64,000 bases of DNA from the human T2T-CHM13v2.0 reference genome, Homo sapiens: the NCBI RefSeq assembly GCF_009914755.1, contig NC_060946.1. The stretch is one strand, 5' to 3'. Shown in pieces: positions 14,609-28,350 of this stretch. The notes under the pieces are model-generated. The model made no database searches and was not told the origin of the DNA. It saw nothing but the letters and a program-made list of their open reading frames with translations. Position numbers and translations under genes: made by a program. Within the stretch, counting starts at the first letter, position 1; the number at the start of each line of letters is the position of its first letter.

Positions 14609-15449
14609 CCCCATTGACAATTTTTAAGCGGGACTTTAAGACTATCAGGCTTGTGATTTTCTAGGAAGACAGTTTGGTTGCTGTATTGTGAGTGGTTGGA
14701 GGGGAGGGACTGGTGGCAGGGAAACTAGGCTGTTGCTGCCATCCATCATGAAAGATGCTGGTGGAGAGATGAGGCCAAGTAGAAAGGAGAGGGAGGCTGG
14801 GTGTCTGAGACCCTGAGTGCTGGAACCAGTAGGACATAGAGGCAACTAGCAGTGATGGAAGAGAGGGAGAGCACGCAACGATGAGGTTGAGGCTTCTAGC
14901 CGGGGTTGTGTCAGTCCTGCAAGGCAATGAGCAAGTTCAACCTGTGATGCTTCAGTACATTCTATTTGTGTATCTATGGAAGACAGTTATAGACATGGCT
15001 GCATTTGTGTTGTCACATTAATCATAAAAGCTTTCAGGGAAAAAAGTCCAAAGGGAATAAAGATTTTCTGAAAAGCATTCTTGTCTGAAGGAAGCTGCAT
15101 GCAAATGGAAAACCTGGACATATAATTGATTTCAGTAACCATAATGACATTGTGTTTTCATTCGGTTGTGCAGTGGGGCTTTGAAACTGTGGGAAATTGA
15201 GAGACAGGCCCTTGTTAGGGGAAACAAAAATGGTTTCTAATTTCAAGGTTGAATATGTTTCTTTTCATAAAAATACCTCATCATTTCTAATAGTCTGAAT
15301 GACAGTCTTATTTCTCTTCATTGGTAGGTAAAACCTAACGTTTTCTAGACAATAAAAAGCAGTCTGAGAGATATGGATGACATATTTAAAAATACTAACA
15401 TCTGAAAATATATCATTTTATAGATTTGACTCGGGAATCATGTAAGTTT

Positions 15450-16880
15450 CTTCTACAATGATAAAAAGTCAAAAAGAAAATGAAAATTAATTCTTTAAAA
15501 CTGAAAGGAAAATGAAACAAATGAACCTAACTGTGTTGGCTTAGTGACTTAACCACATATATGTGACTTTAAGCACAGCAATTTGACTGTACAAAATAAC
15601 AATAAAAACAAAAAAAGAAAGAAACTATTCTCATTAATCATACTATTAGCAAAAATATTGGTATTGTTATTTTAATACATAGTGGGTAAAATAAATAGAT
15701 TGGTAAATTAGTGTTGTCAGCAACTAAGATTTTCAGCATAAGAGAAAACATATAAAAATACAAGATCACCTAAGTGAATGAAGCCTTGTAATCCTAAATT
15801 TGAACGGGAAATAGTATGAACTTATGATGCATTTCTTTTTTAAAATTTTTACTTCCTAGTTTTGATTATTGAAATTTTAGGTTGGTGCAAAAGTAATTGC
15901 AGCTTTTGCCATTAAAAGTAATGGCAAAAACTGCAAATTCTTTTGCACCAACCTACTACCTAGAAACAATGACCAACCCAGCTATTACACTGATTATGGT
16001 CTCTAAGAACAATTTCAAAGTGAAAGGAATTACAGCTCCTGGGAGAAATGGCTGATTCCAAGAGTGGGGTAGGAAATGTACAAGATGATCTTAGGACATC
16101 TTGTTAATCAGAAGAAAGGAGGCTATCAAAGATTACTATGGTTGTGTCAAAAGGGCTCAGGAACCAACCCACTTGGCTCTCGCTGGCTAAAGATGAAATT
16201 CTGTGAGCATCTGAAAGAAGAATAACTACAATGCGGTGAAACGCATGAACTATTCTAAACTCCATGAGTTAACAATGATCCTAAAAACAAAACAAATCAA
16301 ACCAAAATTCACTGGCCTCCTTTGGAAGGTATTTTAAAGAACCAACTTATTATTCTGAAAATTGGCAAATAAAAGAATCGAGCATTTATCTTGCCTTTCC
16401 TGTAGGTACTGTATCTTAGTCGATGAAGAAAAGCTTTCTCCATAGAAGCAGCCCAACGAATAGGAAGGAGTGATAGACTTAAAATAGAGCCATTTTGCAA
16501 GTGCCTAAGGAAATAATGGCTCTAGGCAATGCATCATCGGCTACTAAAATCCCCCGAAGAGAGACGGCCAGACGTTATGAGCCTGCTGATTGAATAATAC
16601 AACTAACTACGAAATATTCTTGCTGAAAACTCAAACCTGAATCAGATCAAATCTTTAAATCTAATGACCAATTTACAGGACATACAAGAGAAGGAACAAC
16701 ATATTAAAAGATGCCACAAGAATACAACCAATGGAACCCAGATTGTGAGGTACTCTACAGAGCAAATGATTCAGTTTTAAAAAATATGTCAATTGCAAGG
16801 AAAATTTTAAAAAATAGGCAGAGGCAGAAGCCATAGATAAAGGAGACTAAAGAGACATACCAGCCAAAGGCAAATGTGTG
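15450..16880 (+). mobile_element. Old L1MC/ME 3' region fragments
   Basis: gggagaaatggctgattccaagagtggggtaggaaatgtacaagatga and gaaaagaatcgagcatttatcttgcctttcc-type motifs; boundaries approximate. Confidence 0.55.
15877..15956. mobile_element. MADE1 (Hsmar1-derived mariner MITE)
   Basis: 80-bp palindrome ttaggttggtgcaaaagtaattgc...ttttgcaccaacctac followed by TA. Confidence 0.92.
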
Positions 16881-17067
16881 GAGGGATGAATCCTTCCCTA
16901 GTACTCCCTGTCTTAAAGAATGCTGCTACTAGTAATGCGGGTGCCAGAGCCAGAAATCTGGGATTTGCTTTTATTCCTTTCTTTTCCTTAGCCCCGTCCA
17001 CCTGCATGCAATAAATGAGAACCAGCCCTACTTGTTTTACTTCCTAAGTGCCTGTAAAATATCACTT

Positions 17068-18465
17068 ATTTATTTTGATTTTTAATTGTAGTAAAATACA
17101 CTTAACATAAAATTTACCACTTTTTTATTTTTCTTTTTCCTTCTTTTTTTTTTTTTTTGAGACAGAGTCTTGCTCTGTTGCCCAGGCTGGAGTGCAGTGG
17201 CGTGATCTCAGCTCACAGCAACTTCCATCTCCCGGGTTCAAGAAATTCTCCTGCTTAAACCTCCTGAGTAGCTGGGATTACAGGCACCCACCACCACACC
17301 CAGCTAATTTTTGAATTTTTAGTAGAGACGGGGTTTCACCATTTTGGCCAGGCTGGTCTCAGACTCCTGGTCTCAGGTGATCTGTCCGCCTCAGCCTCCC
17401 AAAGTGCTGGGATTATAGGCATGAACCACAGCACCCGGCCAATTTACCACCTTAATTTTTTAGTGTACAATTCAGTGATATTAAATGTACATTCATATTG
17501 TTGTGCAACTGTCACGACAGTCTATCTTAAGAACCCTTTTCATTTTGTAAAACTGAGACTATAAAACAGTAACTCCTCATTCGCCCCAACCCCCAGCTCC
17601 TGGCAACCACCATTCTACTTTCTGTCTCTATGATTTTGAGAACTCTAAGTATTTCACATAAGCGAATCATACAGTATTTGCCTCTTTGTGACTGGTTTAT
17701 TTCACTTAGCATAGTATCCTCAAGGTTTATCCATGTTGTAGCATGTGCCAGAATTTCCTTCCCTTTTAAGGCTGACTAGTATTCTTTTGTATGGATATAC
17801 CACATTTACTTATCCTTTCATTGGTGGATGGACATTTGGGTTGCTTCCACAGTTTTCAGCTCTTGTGAATGATGTTGCTGTGGACATTAGTGTACAAACA
17901 ACTCTTCAAGACCCTGCTTCCTATTCTTTTGGGTATATACTCTAAAGAGGAATTGCTAGATGATGTGAAAATTCTATTTCGGTTTTCAGGAACTGCCATA
18001 CTGTGTTCTACAGAGACTGTACCATTTTACATTCCCACCAGCAGGGCATAGGTGTTCCCATTTCTCCACATCCTCGCCAACACTTGTCATTTTCTGTTTT
18101 TTTGATCGTAGCCATCCTAATGGGTGTGAGGTGGTATCTCACTGTGGTTTTGGTTGCCATTCCCCTAATGATTAGTGATTCTAAGCATCTTTTCTTGTGC
18201 TTATTGGCATTTGTATATCCCTTTCAGAGACATGTCTATTCAAGTTGTTTGGATTGAACTGGGTTGTTTGGCCTTTGTTGTTGTTGAGTTGTAGGAGTTC
18301 TCTATATATTCTGGATATGAATCCCTTATCAGGTATATGACTTGCAAATACTTTCTCCCATTCTATAGGTTTCCTTTTCACTGTGTTGAGAATGTCCTTC
18401 AATGCACCAAAGTTTTTAATTTTCATGAAGTTCGGTTTGTCTATTTCTTTCTTTTTTTTGCCTGT
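17068..18465 (-). mobile_element. L1MB 3' portion interrupted by an Alu
   Basis: Minus-strand remnants MLSEINQSQRGKYCMI and EWEKVFASHIPDKGFISRIYRELLQLNN match the L1 ORF2 C-terminus. Confidence 0.85.
17121..17440 (-). mobile_element. AluSx-like
   Basis: Antisense dimer; TSD aatttaccac. Confidence 0.9.
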
Positions 18466-18863
18466 GCCAAGTGCCTTTTGAACCTCTCTCTACCCACCAC
18501 TACCTTAACCCAGTCCAGGCCAATATTTTCCTGGACTCCTGTAATTGCCTTCTTACTGCTCCCTCATAGCCCTCACTGAAAACTTTTCTGTGGATCCCCC
18601 TTACCCTCAGAACAAAACTCAATCTCCTTACCATGTGAATCTTTGCACATCTCTGCCTCTCCAAGGCATAGTGCACCTGGCATGTAAAGTGCTCAATAAA
18701 CAGTCACTGTTAAATTAGGTGGTAGCTTGGGGATCTCTGAGACATCTTCTTATCTAAAGGTACCTCTCTCACCAAGCTTCCAGTGTCTCTGAACCCCACA
18801 TTAGATATGCATTTCTGAACCCATCCCATAGTTCTAGTTGTCCACTTTAAAAATAGTTGTAAT

Positions 18864-19346
18864 CATGGACATACGGGGTACACTAGACACTGGAGGCTGC
18901 AAAAGGTGAGAGGGTAGGAGGGGGCATGAGGGTTGAAAAATTGCCTATTGGGTACAATGTTCGCTATTCTGATGATGGGTAGACTAAAAGCCCAGATTTC
19001 ACCACTATGGGATATATGTATGTAAGAAACCTGCATTTGTACTCTCTAAATATATAAAAATAAAAATAAGGCCATGCACGATGGCACACCTAGCACTTTG
19101 GGAAGCTGAAGCCAGGAATTTGAGACCAGCCTGGGCAACACAGGGACACCCACCTCTACAAAAAAAAATTTAAAAAATTAGCTAGGGGTGGTGGCATGCA
19201 CCTGTAGTCCCCAGCTACTTGGGGGACTGAGGCAAGAAGATTGCTTGAGGCTGGGAGGTTGAGGCTGCAGTGAATTATGATCACACTACTGCACCCCATC
19301 TGGAACAACAGAGCGAGACCCTGTCTCTAAAATAAATAAAATAAAA
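18864..19346 (+). mobile_element. Short L1MA/PB 3' end followed by AluJ (19070-19346)
   Basis: L1 3'UTR motif ttgaaaaattgcctattgggtacaatgttc, then an Alu; the whole block is flanked by aaaa(t/g)agttg(t/c)aat. Confidence 0.75.
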
Positions 19347-19847
19347 GAGTTGCAATATTGAAACAAAGATTGTAGAAACCAAAGGCATACATCTGAGCCT
19401 GAAGGCTGTTACTTACCTACCAGCTGTGTGATGCAATTAAGATCTCTGGACCTTTGTTTCCTTATGTGTAAATTGAAGGCAATAAAGCAAATTTTACAAA
19501 GATATTGCGTGATCTAGGGATCATATCTGTGAAGTGTCTGCTCTGTTTAACACATCACTGCCACTCTAGAAGTTCCTACAGTTTGGATGATTAATAACTA
19601 CAAAGAAAAAATAATAAGTGAAATAAACAAAAAATGGGGGCATTCAAAGAAAAGACTGACGGAAACTCTTGAGTGGCACAAGACATAAATATTGTGGGTA
19701 AGATCAACTCTTCTTCCACTGTGATTGTCTCTTTGGAGGGGCACTGCTTGCTTTTCCTAGAAAGATATCTTCATCTTCTACTGAGTCACCATAAAACAAT
19801 AAAGAAGAAACATGGGTAGTGTCCAAATATTTTGGTAACAATCAACT

Positions 19848-20255
19848 TGTAGTCAGCTGTTGCTGGGATAAGGCTGCACAGTGAGCCCAAGATCTCAGCG
19901 GCTTGTGACAAACAACATTCATTTCTCTCCCATGGGTCTGGATATCAGCCACAGTTAACTGGGCTCAGATTCAGGACAGCTCCGTGTGTCTTTCACGTTA
20001 GGACCAGGATAAAGGAGCAGTGACTACTTGGAGCATACTCATCATGGTGACAGCAAGTATACAAGAGGCTAAGCCACGGCACATAAATATACTTAAAGCC
20101 TCTGTTTGCATCATTTCTGCTTGTGGGCCATTGGCCAAAGTAAATCACAGGGCGGCAGCTCAAGTCAGTGGGGTAGCATCGTACACTCTCTAAAGAGAAG
20201 CCATGGCCAAGGTGGGAGAGAAAGAAGAGTCATGAACAAACAATACCATCGACCA
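19848..20255 (-). mobile_element. MLT1H/I/J-type MaLR LTR
   Basis: caagatctcagcggcttgtgacaaacaacattcatttct...cattggccaaagtaaatcacagg motifs. Confidence 0.5.
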
Positions 20256-20295
20256 CTCCACTGTAACTCTCATGTTCACTGATTTATCTCAATGG

Positions 20296-20606
20296 TTTTT
20301 TTTGGGTTTTTTTTTTTTTTTTTTTTGAGATGGAATCTCTCTCTGTCTCCCAGGCTGGAGAGCAACGGCCCAATCTCGGCTCACTGCAACCTCCGCCTCC
20401 TGGTTCAAGCGATTCTCCTACCTTAGCCTCCCGAGTAGCTGGGATTACAGGCGTGCGCCACAACACCCAGCTAATTTTTGTATTTTTCATAGAGATGGGT
20501 TTTCACCATGTTGGCCACGCTAATCTCGAACGCCTGACCTCAGATGATCCATCCGCCTTGGCCTCCCAAAGTTCTAGGATTACAGGCATGAGCCACTGCA
20601 CCGGCC
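20296..20606 (-). mobile_element. AluS
   Basis: Antisense dimer; TSD tcaatggtt. Confidence 0.9.
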
Positions 20607-20636
20607 TCAATGGTTATTAAAACTATACCCAAAGGA

Positions 20637-21762
<1,126 letters not shown>

Positions 21763-22149
21763 AAACTATTTTGTCTTTTCAGCATGCACAACCTATTGGG
21801 GGAATTATTGCCTTATTTATTATTGGTTGGGAAGGTAAGATTTCTCTGATTTTCATACTAAGAAATAAATAACAATTATGATGGCCATAATCTATGGAGT
21901 GTTTGCGATATGTCACACTGCTTCCATATGTGACCTCCTTTATATCTCCCCACAATTCTAGGAGGAAGGCACCTTGATAGTCATATTTTATAGACAAGGA
22001 AGACAAAATGCTGGGAAGTTAAGTGACTTCTCCAGGACCACACAACCAATAAATGTAACACAACCTTGGAACGAAATCTGACTGTGCCTGACTTCAAAGT
22101 CTATGCTTAAATTTCCTCTTTCATCCTCAAGGATGGCCCTGGTTCACAC

Positions 22150-23350
22150 ATTTTTTAACGATAAACTTTCTATTTGAGAATTGATTTTGATTTCAGACAA
22201 GTTATGAAGATTGTGCAGAGCATTCTAACATACCACCCAGTTTCCTCTATTATTAACACTAATTGTATCTTACATTAATATGGTGAATTTGCCAGAAGTG
22301 AACCTGTACTGAAACATTAACTACAATTGTTGCTTTGTTTGGATTCCCTTAATTTTTACTTAATATCCTTTATTTATTTATTTAAAAAAATTTTTTTGGT
22401 AGAAACCGGGTCTTGCTATGTTGACCAGCCTGGCCTCAAGTGATCTTCCCACCTCGGCCTTCCAAAGTGTTGGGATTATAGGTGTGGGGCACCCCTCCCG
22501 GCCAATCTCCTTCTTCTGTTCCAGGATCCCTTCCAGGATAGCATATTCCACTTACTCATCGTGCCTCCCCAGGCTCCTCTTGGCTGTGACAATTAATCAG
22601 ACTTTGTTTTTGATGACCTTGACAGTTCGGAGGAGTACTGGTTAGGTTTTCTTTATAGAACGCTCCTCAACCGGGATTGGTCCGGTGTTTTGCTCATGGT
22701 TAAACCAGTGAGGTGGGTTTTTAGGAGGGAGACCACAAAGATCAAGTGCCATAACTCATCATATCATATTAAGGTTACCTACGACACCATGATTTAACCT
22801 TGATCACCTGGCTGAGGTAGAGTCTGTCAGTTTTCTCTATGGTAAAGTTATGCTTCTCTTCCTTCACCCACCCCTGCCTTGTACCCCCTGTAGAGGGAAG
22901 TCACTATGCACAGCCCACACTTAGGGAGTGGGATGTTAGACTCCCCCTCCTTGAGGGCAGAATGTATATGTACATGTTTTGCAATTTTTCTGCACAGGAG
23001 ATTTGCCTATTTTATTCTGTATTTATTTCATGAATATCAGTATAAACTCATGAATTTTTTTAATACTTGTGTTTGTAATCCAGTGCAACTTTATGTATTT
23101 TCTTGCTCGAATTGTTCCAGCTTTGGCCATTGGGAGCTCTTTCCGTGGCCCATGTGTTTCTTTGACACACCGCCATCATTGTGTGTGTGTGTGTGTGTGG
23201 TTGTGTTTGAACAATTTCTAGCACTACAAGATCCTCCAGGCTCATCTTGCAGATTTCCTACCCCAGTCCTAGAATCAACCATTTCTCCAAAATTTTTTTT
23301 GTAATTGGAGAATGGCATTAAAAACAAAGATCTGGGTGTTAGGTGCTGGT
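22150..23350 (-). mobile_element. Old L1MC/MD 3'UTR with an Alu monomer (~22371-22503)
   Basis: tctgttccaggatccc...gaccttgacagtt...ggagtactggttagg motifs; FLAM-like insert. Confidence 0.6.
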
Positions 23351-23894
23351 TCTACTACTTTGGGTTGTGGAAGGTTCCCTCTTTTACACTGGGAAGTCAG
23401 AGCTTTTCTCCAATTATTTTTGACTTTCCAGAATGGGGAACTTTGGTCTGTAGTTCCTCTCTGCTCTTGGTCTCTGAACCTCTTCCAGCTCCATTTATGC
23501 CCATATTGGCTCCTCTGTAAGCAAAACAACCCCGTGACTTGTAGGCATAAATGCTTCATAGTTATGAGTGGTGGGGGTGAAGGTGGTGGTGGTGGTGAGT
23601 GGTGGGTGGTGTTTTCTGTCTTGATTCCAGCACCTTCTTTGCTGATGCACAGTGCTTTGTTGACTCCCTTGTCCTCAGAAGCCCTGGATTCACGTCATGA
23701 AGGATGAAGTTAACCATGGCTCTGGAATTCCACCTCTGGGTCATGTGTCATCTCAGAGCATATTATCTTCAGCAGAGTCTGGAGTATTTCCTTCAGCATG
23801 CGCCTGACACTTCTGTAATATTTTCCTACCCCTTTTTTATTGTCTCCAGTAAAAAAGTAACCTGGGAAAACACAGTATCCTTTGCAAGCTTGAG

Positions 23895-24380
23895 CAACTC
23901 CACCATATTGGCTCATTGCTGCACAATAAACAACACATTTCAATGTCATACAACAAGAACTCATTTAGCCCATGGTTTGTGGGTGGGTTGTGGCTGATCT
24001 AGGTGGGCTTGGCTGGTTGGCTCTGTTGATCTCAGCTGGGTTTGCTTACACATCTGAGGGTTAGCAATGAGGGCTGGGCAATCTAGAGAGAATTGGCTAG
24101 AGTGGCTCTGCCCATGTATCTATCATCCTTCTCCTGGTTCCAGCACATTAGCCCAGCATGTTCTTCCAGTGGCAACAGCAGAAGCACCAAAGGGCAAGTG
24201 AGAACTGCAAGGCCACTTGAGACGTAGGTCCAGAACTAGCAATAGTGAGTTCTGCCTCATTCTGTTGGCCAAAGTGAGTCACACTGCCTAACTCAGCATC
24301 AAGAAGTGGGGGAAATAGACTCTGTCCTTTTAGTGGAGAGGGAACAGGCAGTCAATATTTCTGAACAATAGTCTTCCACA
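23895..24380 (-). mobile_element. MLT1H/I-type MaLR LTR
   Basis: gttctgcctcattctgttggccaaagtgagtcacactgcc...ggaaatagactc motifs. Confidence 0.5.
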
Positions 24381-24539
24381 TCCTACTCTGTACTTCTCTT
24401 TCTGGGTTACTTATCAAAATTAAAAACGGTGTTTCTGGAATCTCTAAATTTTCTACAATAACCATGTGAAAGAACTGCAGAGATTCCAGAAGCTGTGATT
24501 GATGACACACTGTTAGGAAGGTGCTGGTGTTCACAACTA

Positions 24540-24940
24540 TCCATGTTCCCACCTCTACCTGGGCTCCCACTATTCTATACTTCCCAGCTCTGCTGTATGT
24601 AGGTGGCACCACGTGACTAGTTCCAGCCAATGGAAAGAGACCAAAAGTGTCGTGTGTTACCTCTGGTTCAAGACAATTAAGGGTGGCTGTGCCTTTTCTG
24701 TGTGCTCTCTTTCCTCATCTGCTCATTGGATGTAAAAAAATCTCATGAAGATCCCCAAGGACCTTGGGTATAGGAGAGAGCTATTTGATGGAAAGAGCCT
24801 GGGTCCCTGAATGACTGTGTGGAGCACCGTGGTTTCCAACCCATGCTATCTTGGACTTCTTTGACAAACCGTTGTTGTGTCAAGTCACTGAGATTTAGGA
24901 ATAGTTTGTTATAGCAGTTTGCATATCGTGACTAATATAA
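24540..24940 (+). mobile_element. LTR16-type ERVL LTR
   Basis: cacgtgactagttccagccaatgg...ggaaagagcctgggtccctgaatgactgtgtggagca...gtgactaata. Confidence 0.6.
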
Positions 24941-26585
24941 CCCACCTTCCTGGTGGTCACTAGTGACACCTGTTGACTTCTTTCAGTTAGCTCTGTTAAC
25001 TGTAACCTTTATAAGAATTATGTATCTGAGTGTTCATTTTTGACAAGTGACCTGAAGGTTTACTTCAGACATCCACCTACCATTCCCAACTTTGACAATA
25101 TGACTGATTTTGCTTTAGGGAAATCATCCTCTCTCTAATCTTAGCTGATGTGATTCTAAGGAAGGTGACCCCACTTTCTGGAATCTAGGAGTAGAATATG
25201 TAACCCGAGCTGAGCCATGAGGTCCTTGTGTTCCTCCAGCCACAGTGATTGGTTCAGGGGTGCAGGGGTGGGCATGTGACCTAAGTTGGTCCAAATTTAA
25301 TCTTAAGATGTTGGCTAGCTAAGTTGAAACCCTGAGTGCTTTTACTAGACATTACTAGGGAAGATGATAGATAGTCATGGTAGGTAGGTGCAGACAGCTA
25401 TCCTGTAATTATACAAACAGCCAGCCTAAGGAGGAAGCTTATACTAAGGATGGCAGAAGCTTACACTAGAAACTGCAGAACAGAGCAATGGAAAGAGCAG
25501 GTCCTTGACATCATATCAGACAGTTGGATCAGGCCTTGCCTGAAGCTAATGAATTCTTGTTCAAAGGTCAATAAGTAGCCTATATAGTTTAAGTGAATTA
25601 GTTGAGTCTTCATTACTCACATGCGAACTATTTTCAGTGGATTCAGCCTTTATCACTTTTCTAATCAAGTAAGACAATGTTATTCAGAGAATGCAGAACA
25701 ATATCAAAATAAATGATCTTCAGGGATCACTTCTAATTCTAAAATTTAGAGTTTACGAGGCCTAGTATGAATTCCTAGCACTTAAAGTGTTTACAGTGAT
25801 CTACACATAGGAATATCTGTTTATCTTGATAGTCAAGGAAAGTCTAATTGTTTGGAGACTTTGGGCAAAAAGATGATGAATATTCCATAAAAGAAATACA
25901 GGCCTTCCCACACATGGGCAAACCCCTCCATGGTTCCCATTGCTCTTTACAGGTTTTATAACTGACCGCTCTCCACCCATCTGACCTTATCAGCTACACT
26001 CCCACCCACCCCACAACTCACCGAACGTTAAATCCTCTGAGCTCATTTCTGCCCCAGGACCTTTGCACCTGCTATTCTCTTTGCCTAAAATGCACTTGTG
26101 CTGACTTCTTCTCCTGGAATCTACCTTAGGTTCTCCCCAGAGAGGCCTTCCCTGATCACCTGCGAAAGAAAATCTTCCTTCTTTGACACTCTTTACAAAT
26201 TACTGTTTAGTTCCTTCACAGCACTTTTACAGACTCACAGTATCTGGTTCATTTATTTTCTAGTCATCTGGTTCATTTATCTCCTGTTAGAATGAGAGTT
26301 CTTCAAGGGCAGAGCCTCTGCCCGTGCTGGTGTCCCCGCTGCCTCCAGCACCTGACACATGGCTGGCACAGAGCAAAAAACAATCAGAGCCTTAGGAGTG
26401 AAACAGAGGCAGTAGTTGTTTTTTTTTGTTGTTGTTGTTTTTTTTTAGAGGAGTAGGGAATAGAAGGTACTTGTAGTGTCATGGTGAGGGCAGGAATTTC
26501 TGGGAGTGTGAGCAATGTGACAGGGAACAGGGAGCAGGCTGCTACTTGGAAATTGTTATCCGGGTTTATTTATAGAGTACTTCCA

Positions 26586-26588
26586 TTT

Positions 26589-26648
<60 letters not shown>

Positions 26649-26742
26649 TCCTTTCTTTCTTTCTTTCTCTTTCTTTCTTCTCTCTCTCTCTTTCTTTTTT
26701 CTTTCTTTCTTTTTCTTTCTCTCTCTCTCTTTCTTTTTTTTT
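26586..26742. repeat. (TTTC)n / CT-rich expansion of an Alu tail
   Basis: About 16 perfect TTTC units from 26587, then degenerate CT repeats. Confidence 0.95.
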
Positions 26743-27019
26743 TGGAGACGGAGTCCTGCTCTGTTGCCCAGGCTGGAGTGCAATGGTGCATTCATAGCTC
26801 ACTGCAGCCTCAACCTCCCAGACTCAAGTGATGCCCCCGCCTCAGCCTCCTGAGTAGTTGAGGCCATACCCAGCTAATTTTTTTCATTTTTAAAATTTTT
26901 GTAGAGATGAGGTCTCACTGTGTTGTCCAGGCTGGTCTTGAACTCCTGGACTCAAATGATTCTCCCACCCTGACCTCCCAAATTGCTGGGATTACAGGCG
27001 TGAATCATGGCGCCTGGCC
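26743..27019 (-). mobile_element. AluJ with small internal deletion
   Basis: J diagnostics; TSD atagagta. Confidence 0.88.
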
Positions 27020-27046
27020 TCATAGAGTATTTTTAAAAGGAATTGC

Positions 27047-27048
27047 GT

Positions 27049-27096
<48 letters not shown>
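27047..27096. repeat. Compound (GT)13(GA)12 microsatellite
   Basis: Read directly from the sequence. Confidence 0.97.
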
Positions 27097-28023
27097 TCGA
27101 CCAATAGAAAGGAAGAGAAGATTACTCATCCAAAAAAATAATAGAATGAACATTAGAAGCTTCCTCAGATGCTTCACTTAATTTCTGCCTAACCCCTGGT
27201 ATTTCAGGGTCTGTGCCCTCCCAGAGCTTTTATTACCTACATGAGCTTCTCCTCAAAGTTGCAATCTGAGAGCATCCACTTGGGGGAACAAAAGGACACT
27301 GTGGGCCCCTGTAGTTCAGCTTCATCATTACGTTTCACTTCCTTTTTATGAGATGGGAATAAAGATAGTTCCCTTAATTTCAGGACATATGAAAATAATT
27401 TTTCTTTGGGCTGTTGGGTAAATGCTGTTAACTCAGATCCATAGGCCCCTTCAGGTTTTGGGGGGAACTTTCTCAATCAAATGTTGTTATTGAATGAAAA
27501 CCTCAAAGCAGAAATTCAAAAGAATGAAGCTCAAGGCAGCTGTATCTTGTTTCTGTTTTGCTTTGAGAGTCAGAATATGCGATCAAAATCTATCTTCCCC
27601 TTCCTTATCCTTCATTTTTTTCCCCAGCAGATAAGAAAAAAAATAGTGGTGCTTCTTTTAGGACTTAATTCTCAGAAGGCTAATATCATACACAGTTGGA
27701 GCTTCAGAAAACTGCTCTGGAAATTGATATGCACACAACCTGTTCTTGATGAGCTGAAAGAAGCATGAATGTTGAAACGGAGCTGAAAAGGCAGTGGTAG
27801 GATGGCAAGGGAGACTGTGATATTTTTTTCTTCCATTTTTCCTTTTCAATATTGTAACATTTTCTTATTGTAGATGAACAAATTTCTACAAACCTGGTAC
27901 CTGGTACCACCACGCTGCTGTTGTTACTGTTTAAGGTGTCTCCTGTGTCTGTTTTCTCTCGGTGTTACTTGTTCATATTTTCTGGTTTATTTGGTTGATT
28001 TAATCCATGTTGTCACGATTTGA

Positions 28024-28350
<327 letters not shown>

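Noticed and set aside
26242-26280. 15-bp direct repeat atctggttcatttat x2
   Set aside because: Small local duplication within probable L2-derived sequence; no sign of function.
26481-26831. Lys/Glu/Arg-rich and Phe/Leu/Ser-rich ORFs
   Set aside because: Translations of the (TTTC)n microsatellite.
27481-27768. 95-aa ATG-initiated ORF in apparently unique sequence
   Set aside because: No recognisable domain or promoter context; length is within chance expectation for 64 kb.
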